Of a stretch of 64,000 nucleotides of DNA, positions 1 through 14,461 are shown in pieces. The translations under genes were made by a program, and so were the position numbers. Under the pieces are notes generated by a model that worked only from the letters and a program-made list of their open reading frames with translations, searched no databases and was not told the origin of the DNA. Position 1 is the first letter of the stretch, and the number at the start of each line of letters is the position of its first letter. This DNA is from Trichinella spiralis (lineage: Eukaryota), in the NCBI RefSeq assembly GCF_000181795.1, contig NW_003526943.1, forward strand, positions 9,532,849 through 9,596,848. The letters run 5' to 3'.

Positions 1-1135
1 TTTTGTCATGTTATATCAATTCAATGAGAACAAATAACTCTTTTGATATCACGGAACGATTGACTTTGCCAAGTAATTTTCACCTTCAGGTGATGCATGC
101 GCTTTTTTTTTCATATTTAATATTTATTGAAGGAAAAAATTTTTTCCATTTATTAATTCACCAAATAATTATGTATTCGTCGAATAAGGGGAAAAAAAGT
201 TGAAAGCTTGGATTGGACAATGTTTGTTGAATTGTTTGTTCATCGTCATCATCATTTGTGTTGTTTGCATATTTGCTTAGCGCTTATGAATTTGCATTTA
301 ATAAGCTGATTTTGCAAACCTTCTCACACGGCAACCAAGCACCGTTTTTCGCACTTGTTATTATTTTTCATTAAAACTTGTGTGTGTATTATTTTTTTGA
401 AAATTTTCTTTTGGTCGATTTTCAATGTTAATTTCTGAATTTTCAAAATGAAAAAAATTTTCTCTCTCACTCTCTCTTAATTCAATCGTCTTATTGTCTT
501 ATTTTTTGATAAGCTTAAGGTAAATTTAGTCGGATTTTCGGTAATAATTTTTTCATTTTATTATTTTTCAAAATGTTTCGCATTGGTGAACATTGAAGTC
601 AGTTTTCATATTTCACAGGTGAAATATTAAATGATGGCGATAATTGGAATAACAATAATAAAGTTGAATATGCTCGATAATATTATTATTACTTCAGTGA
701 ATTAATTTAATGCAAACAACTTGAACCAGTTTGCTGCAAAATGTTCACTTATACTTTAGCGTTGCTTGAAAATGAAATTCCAGCTATATGAAGTGGACAA
801 GTTTTCTATAATTATACCTAGCGAACAATAATTGTCTTCCATTCACATTTGACTTGTACAATCTCGATATCGACCGTTGAAAGTAGTTGATTTTTAAATT
901 TATATTATATTTTTCTTAGCTGAACTGTATGCATTTGCACTTTCATTATTAGCATTATACCGTGCCTGTATGCTTGTTGTAATGTTAAATGGTAATAATG
1001 GTCAAGGTTTATTTTTATTTTTATTCGTTGTTTTGTTGAATTTGGACCATTTTTTATGCTAAATTTATTCAGTCACTTAAAAGTGCAACATCTTGGGAAA
1101 GTGATGTCGGACAGACAGAGGGAGATGCTGAGAGA

Positions 1136-3280
1136 GGGGGAGGGGGGGGGGGAAGAAATATGCCTTGGAGTGTGCTTGATTAGTTTTCCAATTTTGCACA
1201 ACCAATTTCAATTAAACGGATGGATAGGATATATTGTGATTTTTTTTGTGTATTCGTTTTTTTTGATTAACAATTCAGAGTCGATCAGTTCAATTATTGG
1301 AAGACGAATAGAAGAGAGAACACACTGGAAAGAGTGAAGCACAGTGAGGTGTGTGTGTGTGTGTGTGTCTGGGGTGTGGCTGCTGCTACAGCATTTCCGC
1401 TTGTGGCAATATCGATGCAGGGATAATTTGCACGGATCGATCCTTGCCAATTCAGGTTTGCAAAATTGAGTAACAAAATTATTGCCCGACTTACTTCACA
1501 ACAGAAAACTGTTCCGTTCACATCGGAATCAACTTTTCATAAGTTCAATTTAGCAAAAGAAAAATATTAAAATTATTATTATTTTTTTCGTTGATGAATA
1601 ATAATAATAATAATTTGTAAAGAAAAAGCTATTTTCCACGTGTGCGTTAGCCTCTTTATCTGTCTGTGCGTGAATTTCATTTGGCCAGTTTTCATCTCGT
1701 CAATTATGATTCATTGCATTTGTTCATAAATTTGTCAGTATAATTCTCCGATGAATGCCAAGCATTGACATTTTTGCCATGGCCGAACTGTCTGAAGTGG
1801 AAATTGCGTTTCTATTTTGCAAAATCGTTCAGACAAATCTCTTCTCTCTTCCAATCAGACACGCGTTCGACTTGCTTCCCATTGTTCAACCACAGACATG
1901 CATGCACGCATCAGCACCACCAACAAGCAGCACTGTTCCTGGTAGCATTCCCTTCTGGCACTTTTGTTTGTTTGTTTGTTTGTTTGTTGGCTTTTTGAAT
2001 TTTTACTACTGTTGTTCTTTGTTTGTTTGTTTGTTTGTTTATTTGGAAAAATTTCCACTTTATCATTTGCGATGACAATTGAAAATTTGTATCGATTTAT
2101 TATTGCGTTCGGTTGGGTCGTCGGTGGTGATGGGATGCGGCGTGGTTGTTGTCGAAGTTGCTGCTGCTGCGATTGATTTTTACATAGATAGAGATGCTCG
2201 TTTGGCGTTTTCAACTGAAATTTTTCTTTCCCAACGACGAAAAAACAGTCATCCAAAAGTTAATATTATCATCATTCTTATTCATTTTTATTCAATCTAG
2301 TTTTTTAAGTTAAAGCGGATATTTCATCATCATCACCATCTTCTTCTTCTACTACTTCTTTGTTTATATATATATATTTTTTTTCATTCAACTGCAAAAG
2401 CAAATGTCATCGGTATGCTGTTTGTCGTACGGTTTCCACCAATGGCTGTTCAAGTTTTCACAACTTTAGTTTTACACATCAGAGCACATTTCATCGCTGT
2501 TTGTTCATTCAGCAATAACACCATTATTATTAATTAAATTAATTTTTTTTCTTTTTTTTTCAAAAAAAAGATAAAAATATGTAAAACTGAGATTTCAAAA
2601 AACAGATTAAATGTTCGAAGATGATGTTGATCATGGTAGGAGATGCAGAGTTTTTGTTTATTTGTTTGTTTGTTGGTTGGTTGGTTGGTTCTCATTTGTT
2701 ATTTTGTGGGATTGTTCGGCTTGCCACGCCACGCCTATGAGGTCGTCTCGTTGCGTTGCTTTGCGTGTGAGCTTTGGTTACTTGGCGGCTTGCGTTATTA
2801 GCAAGCAAATGACGAACGCGCGTTTTCGAATTAGCCTCTGGGGATGGATGAATACACGTTGATGTTGGTGTTTTGTTGACGTTGGAATAACAATAATAAT
2901 GATAATAATAATAATTTATTTCCCTTTACCACACCCTTCTTTCATCTGAATTGATAAGAAAAAAGAAATTCCGATTTTAAATGCAAAATGATGATGATGA
3001 TGATGATGATGATGACTTGTCGATTTTTTATCGTCAAATGGGATGAAGCGATTATTAATTGTTGTTTTGCTTGTGGGTGTTTGAAAGAGCATGTCGACAA
3101 ACAGCCAACCATTCAGTTATTTTAACCAGTTAAGCTAAGCTAAAGCCAAGTAGTAGCTACTTAGCTGGCTAGTTTAAAGTTGAAATGAATATTTCAGATT
3201 ATTCAACTGGTAGTTGCTAGTTGGTTGGAAACTAGTGTTCGTATATTTAAAGGGGTGTGTTTGCGTGTATTTATATATAA

Positions 3281-3312
<32 letters not shown>

Positions 3313-3375
3313 ATATATGTGGTTGTTTTGCTTCGTGCCAAGTGATCGTCGTCAGTTGATGATGATGATGATGAT
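1136..3375. repeat. Cluster of microsatellites in the long non-coding region upstream of mvk: poly-G ~1136-1152, (GT)n ~1349-1368, (TTTG)n ~1963-2040, (ATG)n ~2988-3014, (AT)n(GT)n ~3272-3318, (GAT)n ~3358-3375
   Basis: Read directly; the ORFs here are low-complexity artefacts. Confidence 0.9.
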
Positions 3376-6300
3376 AGAAGCATGTTTTAAAGCTTTTGCA
3401 CAACACCAAGCGTTGAAAAGCCGATTGCGTTGTGTCGGCTCGTGGCCGGCCACTTGCAATCAAGTCAGCTGTTTTCTTCACAGAGTCGTCAGTTCGAGCC
3501 AATTGAACGACGTTCTTGTGCATGCATGCAATATGCAATATTGAAATAATAATGCTGATGTTGGTTGAAAGAGGCTGGTGAAAGTTGAACATTTTGCGGC
3601 AAGCATTTCTTGCTGTCGTGAATAATCGAGATATCTCCACATTGAGTATAGAGATATCATTCATCATCATATCTTCCACTCTCACTTTATCGGTGAATAA
3701 TAAATGAGTAAGCGTGTCTTATCGCTTGGCTGTGTCACAATTTAATCCGACTTTCCCGCTCAAGCATTATTTTCAAAAAATAAATGAATTTTATTTTTAA
3801 AATGTTTTTCTTTTTTCTACCGGATACTAGAAGTGTTCGTTTTATTTTTTGGTTTTCCTGCTTTTCAAAAAAGTAGCAAAAATTATCGAATAATAATTTC
3901 AAAAATTACTTTTCCCTATTATCTTGTCGTTGACAATTATCCGGGTTCGGTTTTTATCACTACTGATGATGGTGATGATATTGACCACAGCACGCGATGG
4001 TCATCTTGCAATATATGATGTGGTATGTTGTGTGAAAAATATTTGCCAAGTAATAATAACAAACAAGCAGACAATCACAATGACGACCAGTTTTCATGAA
4101 GATGCTGCTTGACAAGTTTGGGTTTTCAATGGGAGCACAACAAGCCGTCCGGTAGGGTTGGTTGAGCTTCAAGTTTTAATATAGCAACGTTCAATAATTG
4201 TTCGCATTCTGTGTCACGTTGAACGAAAAAAAAGTAAATAAATAAATAAATAAATAATAAAATTTCATGCTCTCTTTCTCTCCCTTTCTCATGCTTTCTC
4301 TTTCTTCATGTGACAAGAAGAAACAACTGCTTCTTGGTTGAGATTGGTTTTCAAATTTTTAGAAAGTTCAATTCGAAAAGTGTATACTGTAATGCCAGTG
4401 TAATTAATTGCCGAAAAGATCAACCGGATACGTCAGGTATGTACTGGGTAAATGTTGCGAATATGATTAGCACGCAGTTGGGGTGTGGCTATTTTGTATG
4501 TATATATGTATGTATGTATGTGTTTATTGATGCTTTATTTTAATTTTTAACTTCAATTGCCGCTGAATTGTTGTTATTGAAGGAATATTATTAAGCGCGC
4601 GCTTATTTTTCGAGAGTTTCGGTTTTGTTCGAAAGCTCGAAACAAGCAGACCTTGACGAGCAAAATCGATTGTTCTCAAGACTGAGAAATTTCCAAGTCG
4701 TACCAGATGTTGTGCTTGTGCTTGACGAAATGCCAGCCTGTGAAAGAGGAGAGGGCGGCTGGGAGGGGGTGTTTCGTGGGGAGGGGGTTGGACGCTTTAG
4801 ACGGAGAAAATCGATCGATTAAAAATTCTTCAAAACTATTCAAATTCACTGGCGGCAATACATTTCCCAACTTTTACATTTCTCTCTTTATTATGATTAT
4901 TAATTTTTTTTCAAAACAAATTTTTCCCTCTCTATTCTCATCAATTTGAACAACAACATTCACACGCGTGTATGTCTATGATTGGCTTTTATATCAAAGG
5001 AAATTTTTTTCGTACATCTGCTTTCTGCTTCATTTTTTAAAAAATATTCTTCTGTTTCTCTTGATCTTCTTTTCATTCGACGATGATGCTGATGTTCTGT
5101 TCAACTTTGCACAATATGCTAATTATAATATGGTAGAGATTCGATTTCAAATTTGGAAAAATTGTACATGTTAAAAGAGGATATATGTATGTTTTTGAAA
5201 ATAACAACGAAGAAAAAATAGAATATTATAAAATTGTCTTTCTTTGAATTTTTAATAGATTTTAAATTGGCGGCTGTGCGGCCGAGAGGGCAGTGGAGAA
5301 GAAGGGTGGAGGGGGGAGGGTTCGAGAGGGAGCAGCTATTTTAGCATGCGCTAATAGTCGGTTAGTTAGTCGGTTGTTGTTGTCTGGACGGAAACGTGTG
5401 ACCGCTGTTGGAGTCCAATCAACGAAATTCTCCCTTCTCCTAGTGTATCGGATGTATAAATTGATAATAATTTTCCTACTGCCGAGAGGTGGTCGAGCGG
5501 TTAAAGCGATCAGAACGATCGATTGGATTTTTGAATTCAATTTCAATCACAATTTATTCATCGATGCAGGCTGTATATGCTGTGCTCTGCTCTGCTGATC
5601 GGTTGATTTTTTTGCACATTTCGTAAATTTCCATACCACTTTGGAAGTAATCAAAAAAGAAGTGTTTTTTCTTTTTCTTTTTTTTTGGTATTACACGTTC
5701 ATCTATAAGTATACGTATGTGTATATATATATCTATTTTATGATGTATAGTAATGATTTTTTTGTTACGTAATAAATTGGGCTCTTTTGTCGTGGACTAG
5801 CTGGATGTTTGCGTCATTTTTTTTTCATGCACTATTAATGCATTCATCCATTGAATGTACCGTTAGTGAGTTAGGTTTTTAAGCAATGTTCAGTCGAATG
5901 CTTGCCTGCTTAATTGCGCTTGACGTATTTGCATGGCTTTAATTAGGTAAAGTTTAATTAATAGTAGTTTTGCGTTGGAGATGATGTTTTTCACCTGTGT
6001 TATTCAAGCTATTATTGTCGAACAACAGCAGCAGCAGCGGTTTTTTATTTCATTGCACAAGCTCGTCCATATCGGCTCGACTATGCATCGTGTGAGAAAA
6101 TGAATGCCCATTTCATATCAAATGTTAAACTCGGAAACTTTTTCCTTTAATGCTTATTTATCAGGTGTTTTTTTTAATTTAAACATTGTTAATATCAATT
6201 TTTTTCTACTTTATTGTTTTGCTCATTGACAACTTGATCGATCCTCTTTATTCTTCTTAATTGAACATGTACACGGTGGAATTTTAAACTAGCAGCTTTC

Positions 6301-6646
6301 TGTTACAACGTCCGTATTGAAGAAGAGGAAGAAGAATCCACGTCTATATGTTTGTATAGATAGATGTATTTTTTTTTTCTGGGTATCTTATTCGCGACTA
6401 CGCGTCTCCGATTCTGCGAACCTGGCACCGAATTGTCCAACGTGTAATCTTATAATTGAGCAAGCAGTGTTTGCATTAAAAATTTTATGCTTATCGGTTA
6501 TTATTCTTTTCTTAATGCTTGTTGCAGCCAGTGGAACTTTCTATGAAGAATAGTGGAATTGGTGGAGGCGACGTTATTTTGCAGACCACTTCGTTGTTGT
6601 TGTTATTGTTGACGATGTTGTTGTCTCAGTCGAATAGCGGCTGGCG

Positions 6647-9600
6647 ATGATGATTACGATGACAGAGCCGTCGAATAGTATCAACATTTCCGCTCCTGGG
6701 AAGATCATCTTGTTCGGCGAACATGCGGTCATCTACGGTAGGGTGAGTATGATTGGATATTTTGATAATTAATTAATTTATTTATTTATATTTCAAAAAA
6801 AATTATTGAAAAGACAACTATAATTCACTCACTCACACACACACACGCGCATGTTTCTTCATATTTCATTTTTGAATAATTATTTGATAACAAAATTGCT
6901 TTTGGCAAGAACAGACGCTTTTCATCTTCATTTATTCATTCATGAATAAATAAATAAATAAATAATGTTGCCGTTCTTGTTGAGAGCTGAGAGGGGCGTG
7001 TCTTTATTGTGCGGTCGTGTGCCCCTCTACGCTAGCTGGAATGGAACGTGTCTGTTCGAATTTCGTTTCTGAAAATCATTACCACTGCCCCACCCGTCTC
7101 GTTATATTGTTAACAAGAAGCATCAATACAAGCTGATGATCACAATCCGATGCTGCTGATTTTCAAAAACAAAAAACCAACAGAGGGTTGCGTTGGGCAA
7201 TTTGTGCTGTATTATTGATTCAACAAACTCTACCAAAAATTTTAATGAATTATTTTAGAAAAAAAATCATAATCTTCCCATTCAGTATTGGATGTAAACA
7301 ATTTATTTTTGTATTTTTAAAAATTGTTCAAAATTATACTTAATAGGATGATAATATTATACCGAATCTTTCATGGAGTGATCTTCTTTATTTCTCTTTT
7401 CTTTTAATATTTCAATTACTTATCCAGTTAATTATAAATTGAACAATTTGACAATTGTTTGTTCAAAAAAATGAAAAATATTCATATTTATTCTTTTTTG
7501 TTTCATATGATCAAATTTAGAATTCAATTTAAATAAATAAATAAATAAGTATATATATATCAGTTATTCGTATGAGATTGTTATTTCAATGTGGTGGATT
7601 TGGACAAATTTTCCCATCATGTAGTATAGTGAAAAGTGACGATTAGAAGAAAAGTCACGACACAACAGACACGCACAAAAGTCCAATTGTAGAATAAGTC
7701 AGTTTTTAATTAAACTTTTCCACATCAACGTATGTATGGTATGTACATATACGCGAGTGAATATATATATATATATATATGTATGTAAGTTGTTGTGAAG
7801 GTCATGTTTCAAAATTTGAATTCTGAGCAGTGATGGAGGAGAATCAATTTTTTTTTGTCTGTGATGCCAATGACAACGCAACTTGCACAATCCATTTATT
7901 CGTTCATTTTTGTGCATCTAATGAAGAAAAGCTTGGTTGGACAAGGAATAAAAATGATTGAATAGCAATTTTTTATTTGTTTTAATGTTTTTTGGATATA
8001 TTGGTTTGGTGACAGATGTCATTGTGGGGAAGGTGTGGCAAGTGGAAAAGATGTGAAATTGATTGCCAGACGCTTGTACCCGGAAATGGGATAAAATTAC
8101 AATCAATTGACACTTTTCCATTCGTCCCTGAAGAAGTAATTTTCATTTGCAACACGAGCACACTGAAATTGTCACTGAAGCATTTCCTCTCTTCAGCATT
8201 TCTTTCATCAACGATAATCACATACTTTATTTATTTTGGTTGCCGTTTGTTGTCGTATAGCTTGTATTTAATACTGTAACAATAAAAAAAGATTGCACAT
8301 CAAATAAGCATAGAAATATAGTGAAATAATTATTTCATGTTTTTTTTTGTTTAATTTTAAAATTTAATCTTTTGCGTGTAATATGCGGAGGTTGAAATTT
8401 GACAATTTGTTGTCATCACAAATTGCTTTTTCATCACCGCTTCCATGATCAACAACAAAAGCTTCGCTGGTTTTGGAATTTGTGGTTCGATTTTTCATAA
8501 CTTTTCATTTTCTCATTCACTCAACAATTCAATATTGACAATATATGGAAAATTATATTTTCGTGGAAAAAAAATATTAAACTCCAAAAATAGACCAATT
8601 TCACTGAAAATGTCCATCTCTACTCGAAAGTGGTCGTAATTGAAAGAAATTAAAAATTGTATGCTGCTTTCATGAAGATTATTTTTTTTTGTTCGATTGA
8701 ATCTAAACTTTGTAACAGTTGTGCAAACGAATGCAATTATCTGATTATTTGAATGACTTGTTGTAAGCTGTGTTAACAAAAAAAATATACATATATATAT
8801 ATATATATCTATTTATTTATATCTTTTCATAATTGTTGAAAAAATCACCTTTCATGCAAAAAGTGATCGTTGAATTTTATTTATTTACTTGTTTGTTTGC
8901 TTATTTGTTTGACTTTTGACGTGCAATTTGGAAAATTGAATGCCCAAAGAGATCGCGTGTTGGAGGGGAATTCGTGGTTCAATGATTTCTCTAATTGAGT
9001 TTTGGAAATGGACGTGCTAAATCATGTTAACAAATGCTTTTCAATTTGACAATGTCGACAATTTATTGAAGCTTGTCATGACATTTGCTTGCTTGCTTTG
9101 AGCAATATTCAATGACGCTAAACGACCAATGACGATCATTTTTCATTGCAACTTTCAACTCTGATCTTATACTGCATGAGGGTGTGTGTGTGTGTGTGAT
9201 TTTCAAAAAAAAAGGGGAATATACAATTCTGAACAAAAATTATCATTTAAAATAGAAAGCAAATGTAATTTAATGTTTTAATAAGAATAATAATGTTGTT
9301 CAAACAAACATTACACTGCTGTTGTGATTTATTCGAAAAGTGAAACCGCAATTTCGGTTTCAGAACGTTATTTTTTGCTGCATTTTTCGTGCTGAATTCT
9401 TTTCTTGCTTTTTTTAAAAAATTTATTGCACTATTTGATAAACTTGTCAGATGATGTGTCAAAATTGATCACAACCACATGCTTTGTTCAATTGTTCAAA
9501 AGTAAAACCGTTTGTATCAATGAAAAATCCCTCCCTCCTTCTTTTCTCATGCAAATTATCATGTAAACTTATTCAATTTTTAATTCAAAAAGCAAACATC

Positions 9601-12600
9601 AAATAGGAAAAAAAATAATGGATTATCATTATTTAATTTGTTTTTTATTGCTGTTGTTATTATGTTACTGTATTGTCAATTCATAAAAAATGTGAAATTC
9701 AAGGAGTAATTTTGTGAAATTTTATTTTGTAAAAAGCTTTTTTTTTTGTTAATTATGGGTTTTTGTACTGATGAAATTGAATGTTGATTGGTTCAGTTTA
9801 GATGAGAAGTGAAAAAAAATTGATACTGATAAATAATTTTGGCCCAATAATAACAATAATAATAGACAATACGTCCTATTGCAGTTCAAAGTATGCAAAT
9901 ATGTCATAAAAGAATAGGCAAATATGTGAATATTCGATTTAAGCATTGCATTGGATTAATTTTGCCAAAGTCATTTGTAAACTCTGTTTTAGTTAGATGA
10001 ATTTAGCAACGTTTACATGAATTGTTTGTCCAGGTGATCGAAAATTAATCATCATCTGCTCAAGCAGTTGATTATTTTAAAATAAAATACGCAACGCAGA
10101 AAAATAAATATTCCAATTCAAAATATAGTTTATCCAAAATAAAATTAATTATTTTTAGCTAGTAGCAGTGAGAAGATTATTAGTTGGTTTTTAAATTTTG
10201 CAACAGTGGGTGTTCTATTGAAAATAACTAATTATTTATAATTGAAGTGCAGCTGTTGAACAAGCAACATTTGATATTATTTTAATTGTAATCTTCAAGT
10301 TATTAAATCTGCATTGTATTTAAAATTTAAATTTGCAATTTCATTTTGAAGCTTTTTATTTCAACGATGATCAAGTTTAAATTGTATTTCAGACCGCAGT
10401 CGCTGGCTGTATTGATCTTCGTACGTATGTGAACTTGTTCACTTCTGCTGATGGACGCATCTACTTGTCACTTCCTGATTTGGGTGTGGAGCGGACGTGG
10501 TTAATGAAAGACGTGCGCAAAGCGGTCGACAAACTTTACGGTAAAACGCTTCATCACCGTTTAAATTTGCATATATGTGCAAAACAATGTTGTTGTTGTT
10601 TTGGTATTTTTAGAAGGCAAAACTGATGATAATGCTCCGCCTTGTTTGGAACTTGTGGTGCCGATTGCACGCCAAATTTGTGGAACTTCGGAGGATCAAT
10701 GCGGGGTGCAGCAATTAGCGAGCTTAGCTTTTCTTTACTTGTTGATTGGTGTCGCGAGGAAGCGAAAGTATTTTTATTTGAAAAAATTTACATTTCAATT
10801 ATTTCATTTAAGAATAACATTTTTTTTGATTTTATTATTATTCATTAATAAAGATTGTTTGTGTTTCGCTTTGCAGGGATTTGTTGGCAGTGAAGGTGAC
10901 GGTCCGGTTTAATCTTCCTTCATGCGTTGGCTTAGGTTCCTCAGGTGCTTATTGTGTATGCATAGCTGCTGCGTTGCTCCAAGTGGCCGAGATAATTCCC
11001 AGTCCTACAGTAACAGCTGCTAATAATGCAAGCACGTGGTCTCCGCAGCATCTGGAAACGATACGGCTCTGGGCTTCGGCCGCTGAATCGCTCATTCACG
11101 GACGGGCATCTGGCCTGGACGCTACAATTTGCACATACGGTACGTGAACGTGTATTATTTTATTTTATTTTATTTTATTTTATGCAAATTTTACTAGCGA
11201 AAAAATGATATGGATTTACGAGAGTTTCAGATATTAAATTTTAATTTTGTTTTCAGGAGGTGTTGCCAGCTATAGACATGGTTGCAAAATTGAGCAACTT
11301 GAAAAGTATTGCATTGTATTGTATTGAAATTTGTGCTCGTTCATTTCATTAATTCATATATGTTTAGTCTTCCAGACTTAAAGGTGCTTTTGGTGAATTC
11401 TAAAGTCGAACGCAACACATCCCGCATGGTCACTCTTGTTAAAGATAGGCTTAAGAAGGCAAGTTTTGAAACTATTAATAGCATTATTTGACGAAGTTTT
11501 CAATTCAAAAAATCAACATTGCGAATCCAAAAAAAATTTTATTGCTTCACTCATGTAGATTTTGTTGTTGTCTTTTTTGAATTCTCATTTCACCGTCATG
11601 CATAATTGAAATTTTTTAAAGTGTATTTATAAGTATTTTTTTTTGTTTATTCAGTTTCCTGAAGTGATTGATGGCATTTTTAATGCTATTGATGCAATAT
11701 CTCGGGATGCCATCAAAATTCTTGGTCAGCCGCAGCATTCCAAAAATAGAAAAACGTGCTCTGAAGATGAGCACTATTCATTGCAGGTAAGCTTTTCCGT
11801 ATTCGATGCATGTCATTTTTGTCAGGTCTGTATACCTATATATATACGTATATATATACATCATACAGAAGATATACATACTTATATTTGGTTATTTACC
11901 ATTTACTGTGGTATATTTTAAATTTGTTTATTTATATTTATGTATTTTCTTTTTATTTATTTAACAAGCATGTCTGTAACGCACGCCATATTTGAATGTA
12001 GGCAATGCTTTTCCTATGTGAATCTCTGTATAATTTGTACAGTTTCTAAGTTGTAAAATTCGTCGTTTGGAAGACGATCAGACGGGAAAGAAAAGCAATA
12101 AATTATCGATCTGCCGCAAGCATAAGTGAAAAATGTAAAAAAATAAAACCAATTATTTTTTCAAAAAAATTTTAATGTCAAAGTTTTTTCTCGACATGAC
12201 ATTATTTCAAATTATTTTTCTCTTGTCACAGATGCTTTTCTCCTTTTTTCCAAGTTTAAAATTATTTTTCATATATATCTATTGTTCACACTGTATCCTT
12301 CTCGTGATTGTTTGAGGCATATACCAGTAAAGTGGAATATATTATTTTATGTTTGTTTAAAATTAAAATGTTTAAAAATGTACGTTTAATAAAATAGTAG
12401 TTCCGTTTCAAGTTTAGAATTATTACTCTAATGAGGAATATACGGTTTTAAATTTTATCAAAAGTTTAATGGAAAATCAAGGGTAAAGTTAAATATTATA
12501 AATAGTTATTAAAATTGAAAAACAGAAGAGGTTTTTTTTTGTTCATTTCTGTTTTTAATTTCTTTTTTTATATTGTAATAAACTGTCCACTGTACAGAAT

Positions 12601-13120
12601 GAAAAGTTTATGCTTGCTTGTTTCTTTGTGTGGCCTTCATGTGATTTTTTTCAGGAATGGTCTATGGAGCTTTATTCGGACGTTAATGTAAGTGAATGCT
12701 CTTAAGTGTTTAGCTCAGCTGACGTGTTTGTTTGTTTGTTTGTTTGTTTTTATTTGTTTGCTTCTGTTATTTTTCATCCGTGTTTCACATTGCTTTGGAT
12801 AGCGATTCAGTAGTAGTTGTATGTTTTTCAAAATTTAAATTTTGAAACAATGAACGCATTTTTTGTTTGTCACATTGTTTTTTTTTGAATAATTTGATGA
12901 AATGCTTTTTCAGTGTTTTGTCAGTCAAATTCAGTGTTATTTTGCAAGTTAAGTAGCGAAAATTGTACACGAAATTGCGCAACAATTTATGGAACAAAGA
13001 CAAAAGGAATTTTCTTTTGTTTCATAAATTCCTTGTTAGCCATGCATGTTTACTTTGCATGCCTTTTGAGGTTGTATGAAATTTAAGTTTTAACATTCAT
13101 ATTTATTTATTTATTTATTT

Positions 13121-13168
<48 letters not shown>

Positions 13169-13702
13169 TTGTTTGGAAATTGATGTTTCTAAAGATACGT
13201 TGTTTTTGTTGCAGGAATTGTGTCGTATCAATAATCAGTTACTGATTGCCTTGGGTGTGGGACATCCGAAAATTGATCAAATTTGTACTACTCTTGCCCG
13301 ATATGGCATTCATCCAAAAATGACCGGAGCCGGTGGCGGTGGATCGTTGTTTGCTTTTTTGAAGCCTAGTTAGGGGATTGTTGTTGATGATGATGATGAT
13401 TTATGCTCTCTTGCATGGAAATTTTATATTTTTTGTAGACACATCCCAAACTGTGATCGATATGATTACCAGTGAGGTGCACAAATTGGGATATGACCTT
13501 TGGCAGCCGAAGCTCGGTGGAAGTGGTGTCGTTTTGCATTCATCTATTCCAGAAGAATTTCGTCTTACGAACGAGTGAGTGACAAATTTAATTATATTTC
13601 ATTGAATATTTTCTGCTGTTGTTTTTGTTCAGTGCACCGCATTCGCCTGATAAGAAAACTCCTTCCGTTGCACCATCGCCGAAACTCTCGCCACGATTGT
13701 AA
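6647..13702 (+). CDS. mvk-1: Mevalonate kinase (GHMP kinase family), ~10 coding exons: 6647-6742, 10393-10540, 10614-10767, 10877-11139, 11257-11305, 11369-11458, 11655-11786, 13215-13368, 13439-13574, 13633-13702
   Basis: Spliced translation gives SAPGKIILFGEHAVIYGR|TAVAGCIDLRT, the GHMP ATP loop LPSCVGLGSSGA, HGRASGLDATICTYGG and the C-terminal KMTGAGGGG. Splice phases are consistent. First intron is ~3.65 kb; the 11459 donor is GC. Confidence 0.93.
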
Positions 13703-14432
13703 TGCAAATGAGCAGTTAGTTTTGATTGGTTGGTTGATTGATTGATTGATTGGTAGAATGAAGCAACGCAACAAACAACAGTGAAACTCGTGGATAATCT
13801 GGACAAAAGACACTTGTCCCGAAAATCCGTTCACATTCTTGCATCTTCTCTTCACGAGCTTTTTTCTTTATTTTCTTCTTTATTTATTAATTTACTTTTT
13901 AATTCCTCTGTTGGTCGGCAAGGAATTTGAATTACTGTTTCTGAATTTCTGAATCATGATGATCATGTTTCTTCTGTTCTGCTTTTCTTTCTTTCTTTGT
14001 TTTTTATGGAGTGGGATTTCGGTACACTTTGGTCGTGTATCATATTTTAATTAATTCATTCATTAACTCTAAGCGGCTGGCTCACTTTATCCAGGTTATT
14101 TTTTTAAAAAAATAATTACCGTGGCTGTTGATTGGCCACGATAAAGCCTGCCCGAATTACAAACAGACAGACTGACTGACTCATCAACATATATGCAATT
14201 TATGTGTATGCCCTTTTGATTTTCTTCAACCTTCTTTTTTTTACTTATCTCTTTTCCCTTTCACAAAATTCTAAGCATCCTCAAACGCCTTAGATTTTAA
14301 AATTTTTAGCACATTTTTTCATATTTATTTTTTTTTGGAAAAGTGGAAATTTTTGCCATTGTGCCAATTGTCAATTTTTGATTTCATCAGTCTCGTAACT
14401 TGTCTTCTCATTGAACAACAATGCACAACATT

Positions 14433-14461
14433 ATGCATGCATGCATGCATGCATGCATGCA
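14433..14461. repeat. (ATGC)7 self-complementary tetranucleotide repeat ~730 nt downstream of the mvk stop
   Basis: atgcatgcatgcatgcatgcatgcatgca read directly. Confidence 0.95.

Noticed and set aside
3..6553. Many 60-160 aa ORFs upstream of mvk
   Set aside because: Low-complexity translations of microsatellites with no recognisable domains or consistent splicing chain.
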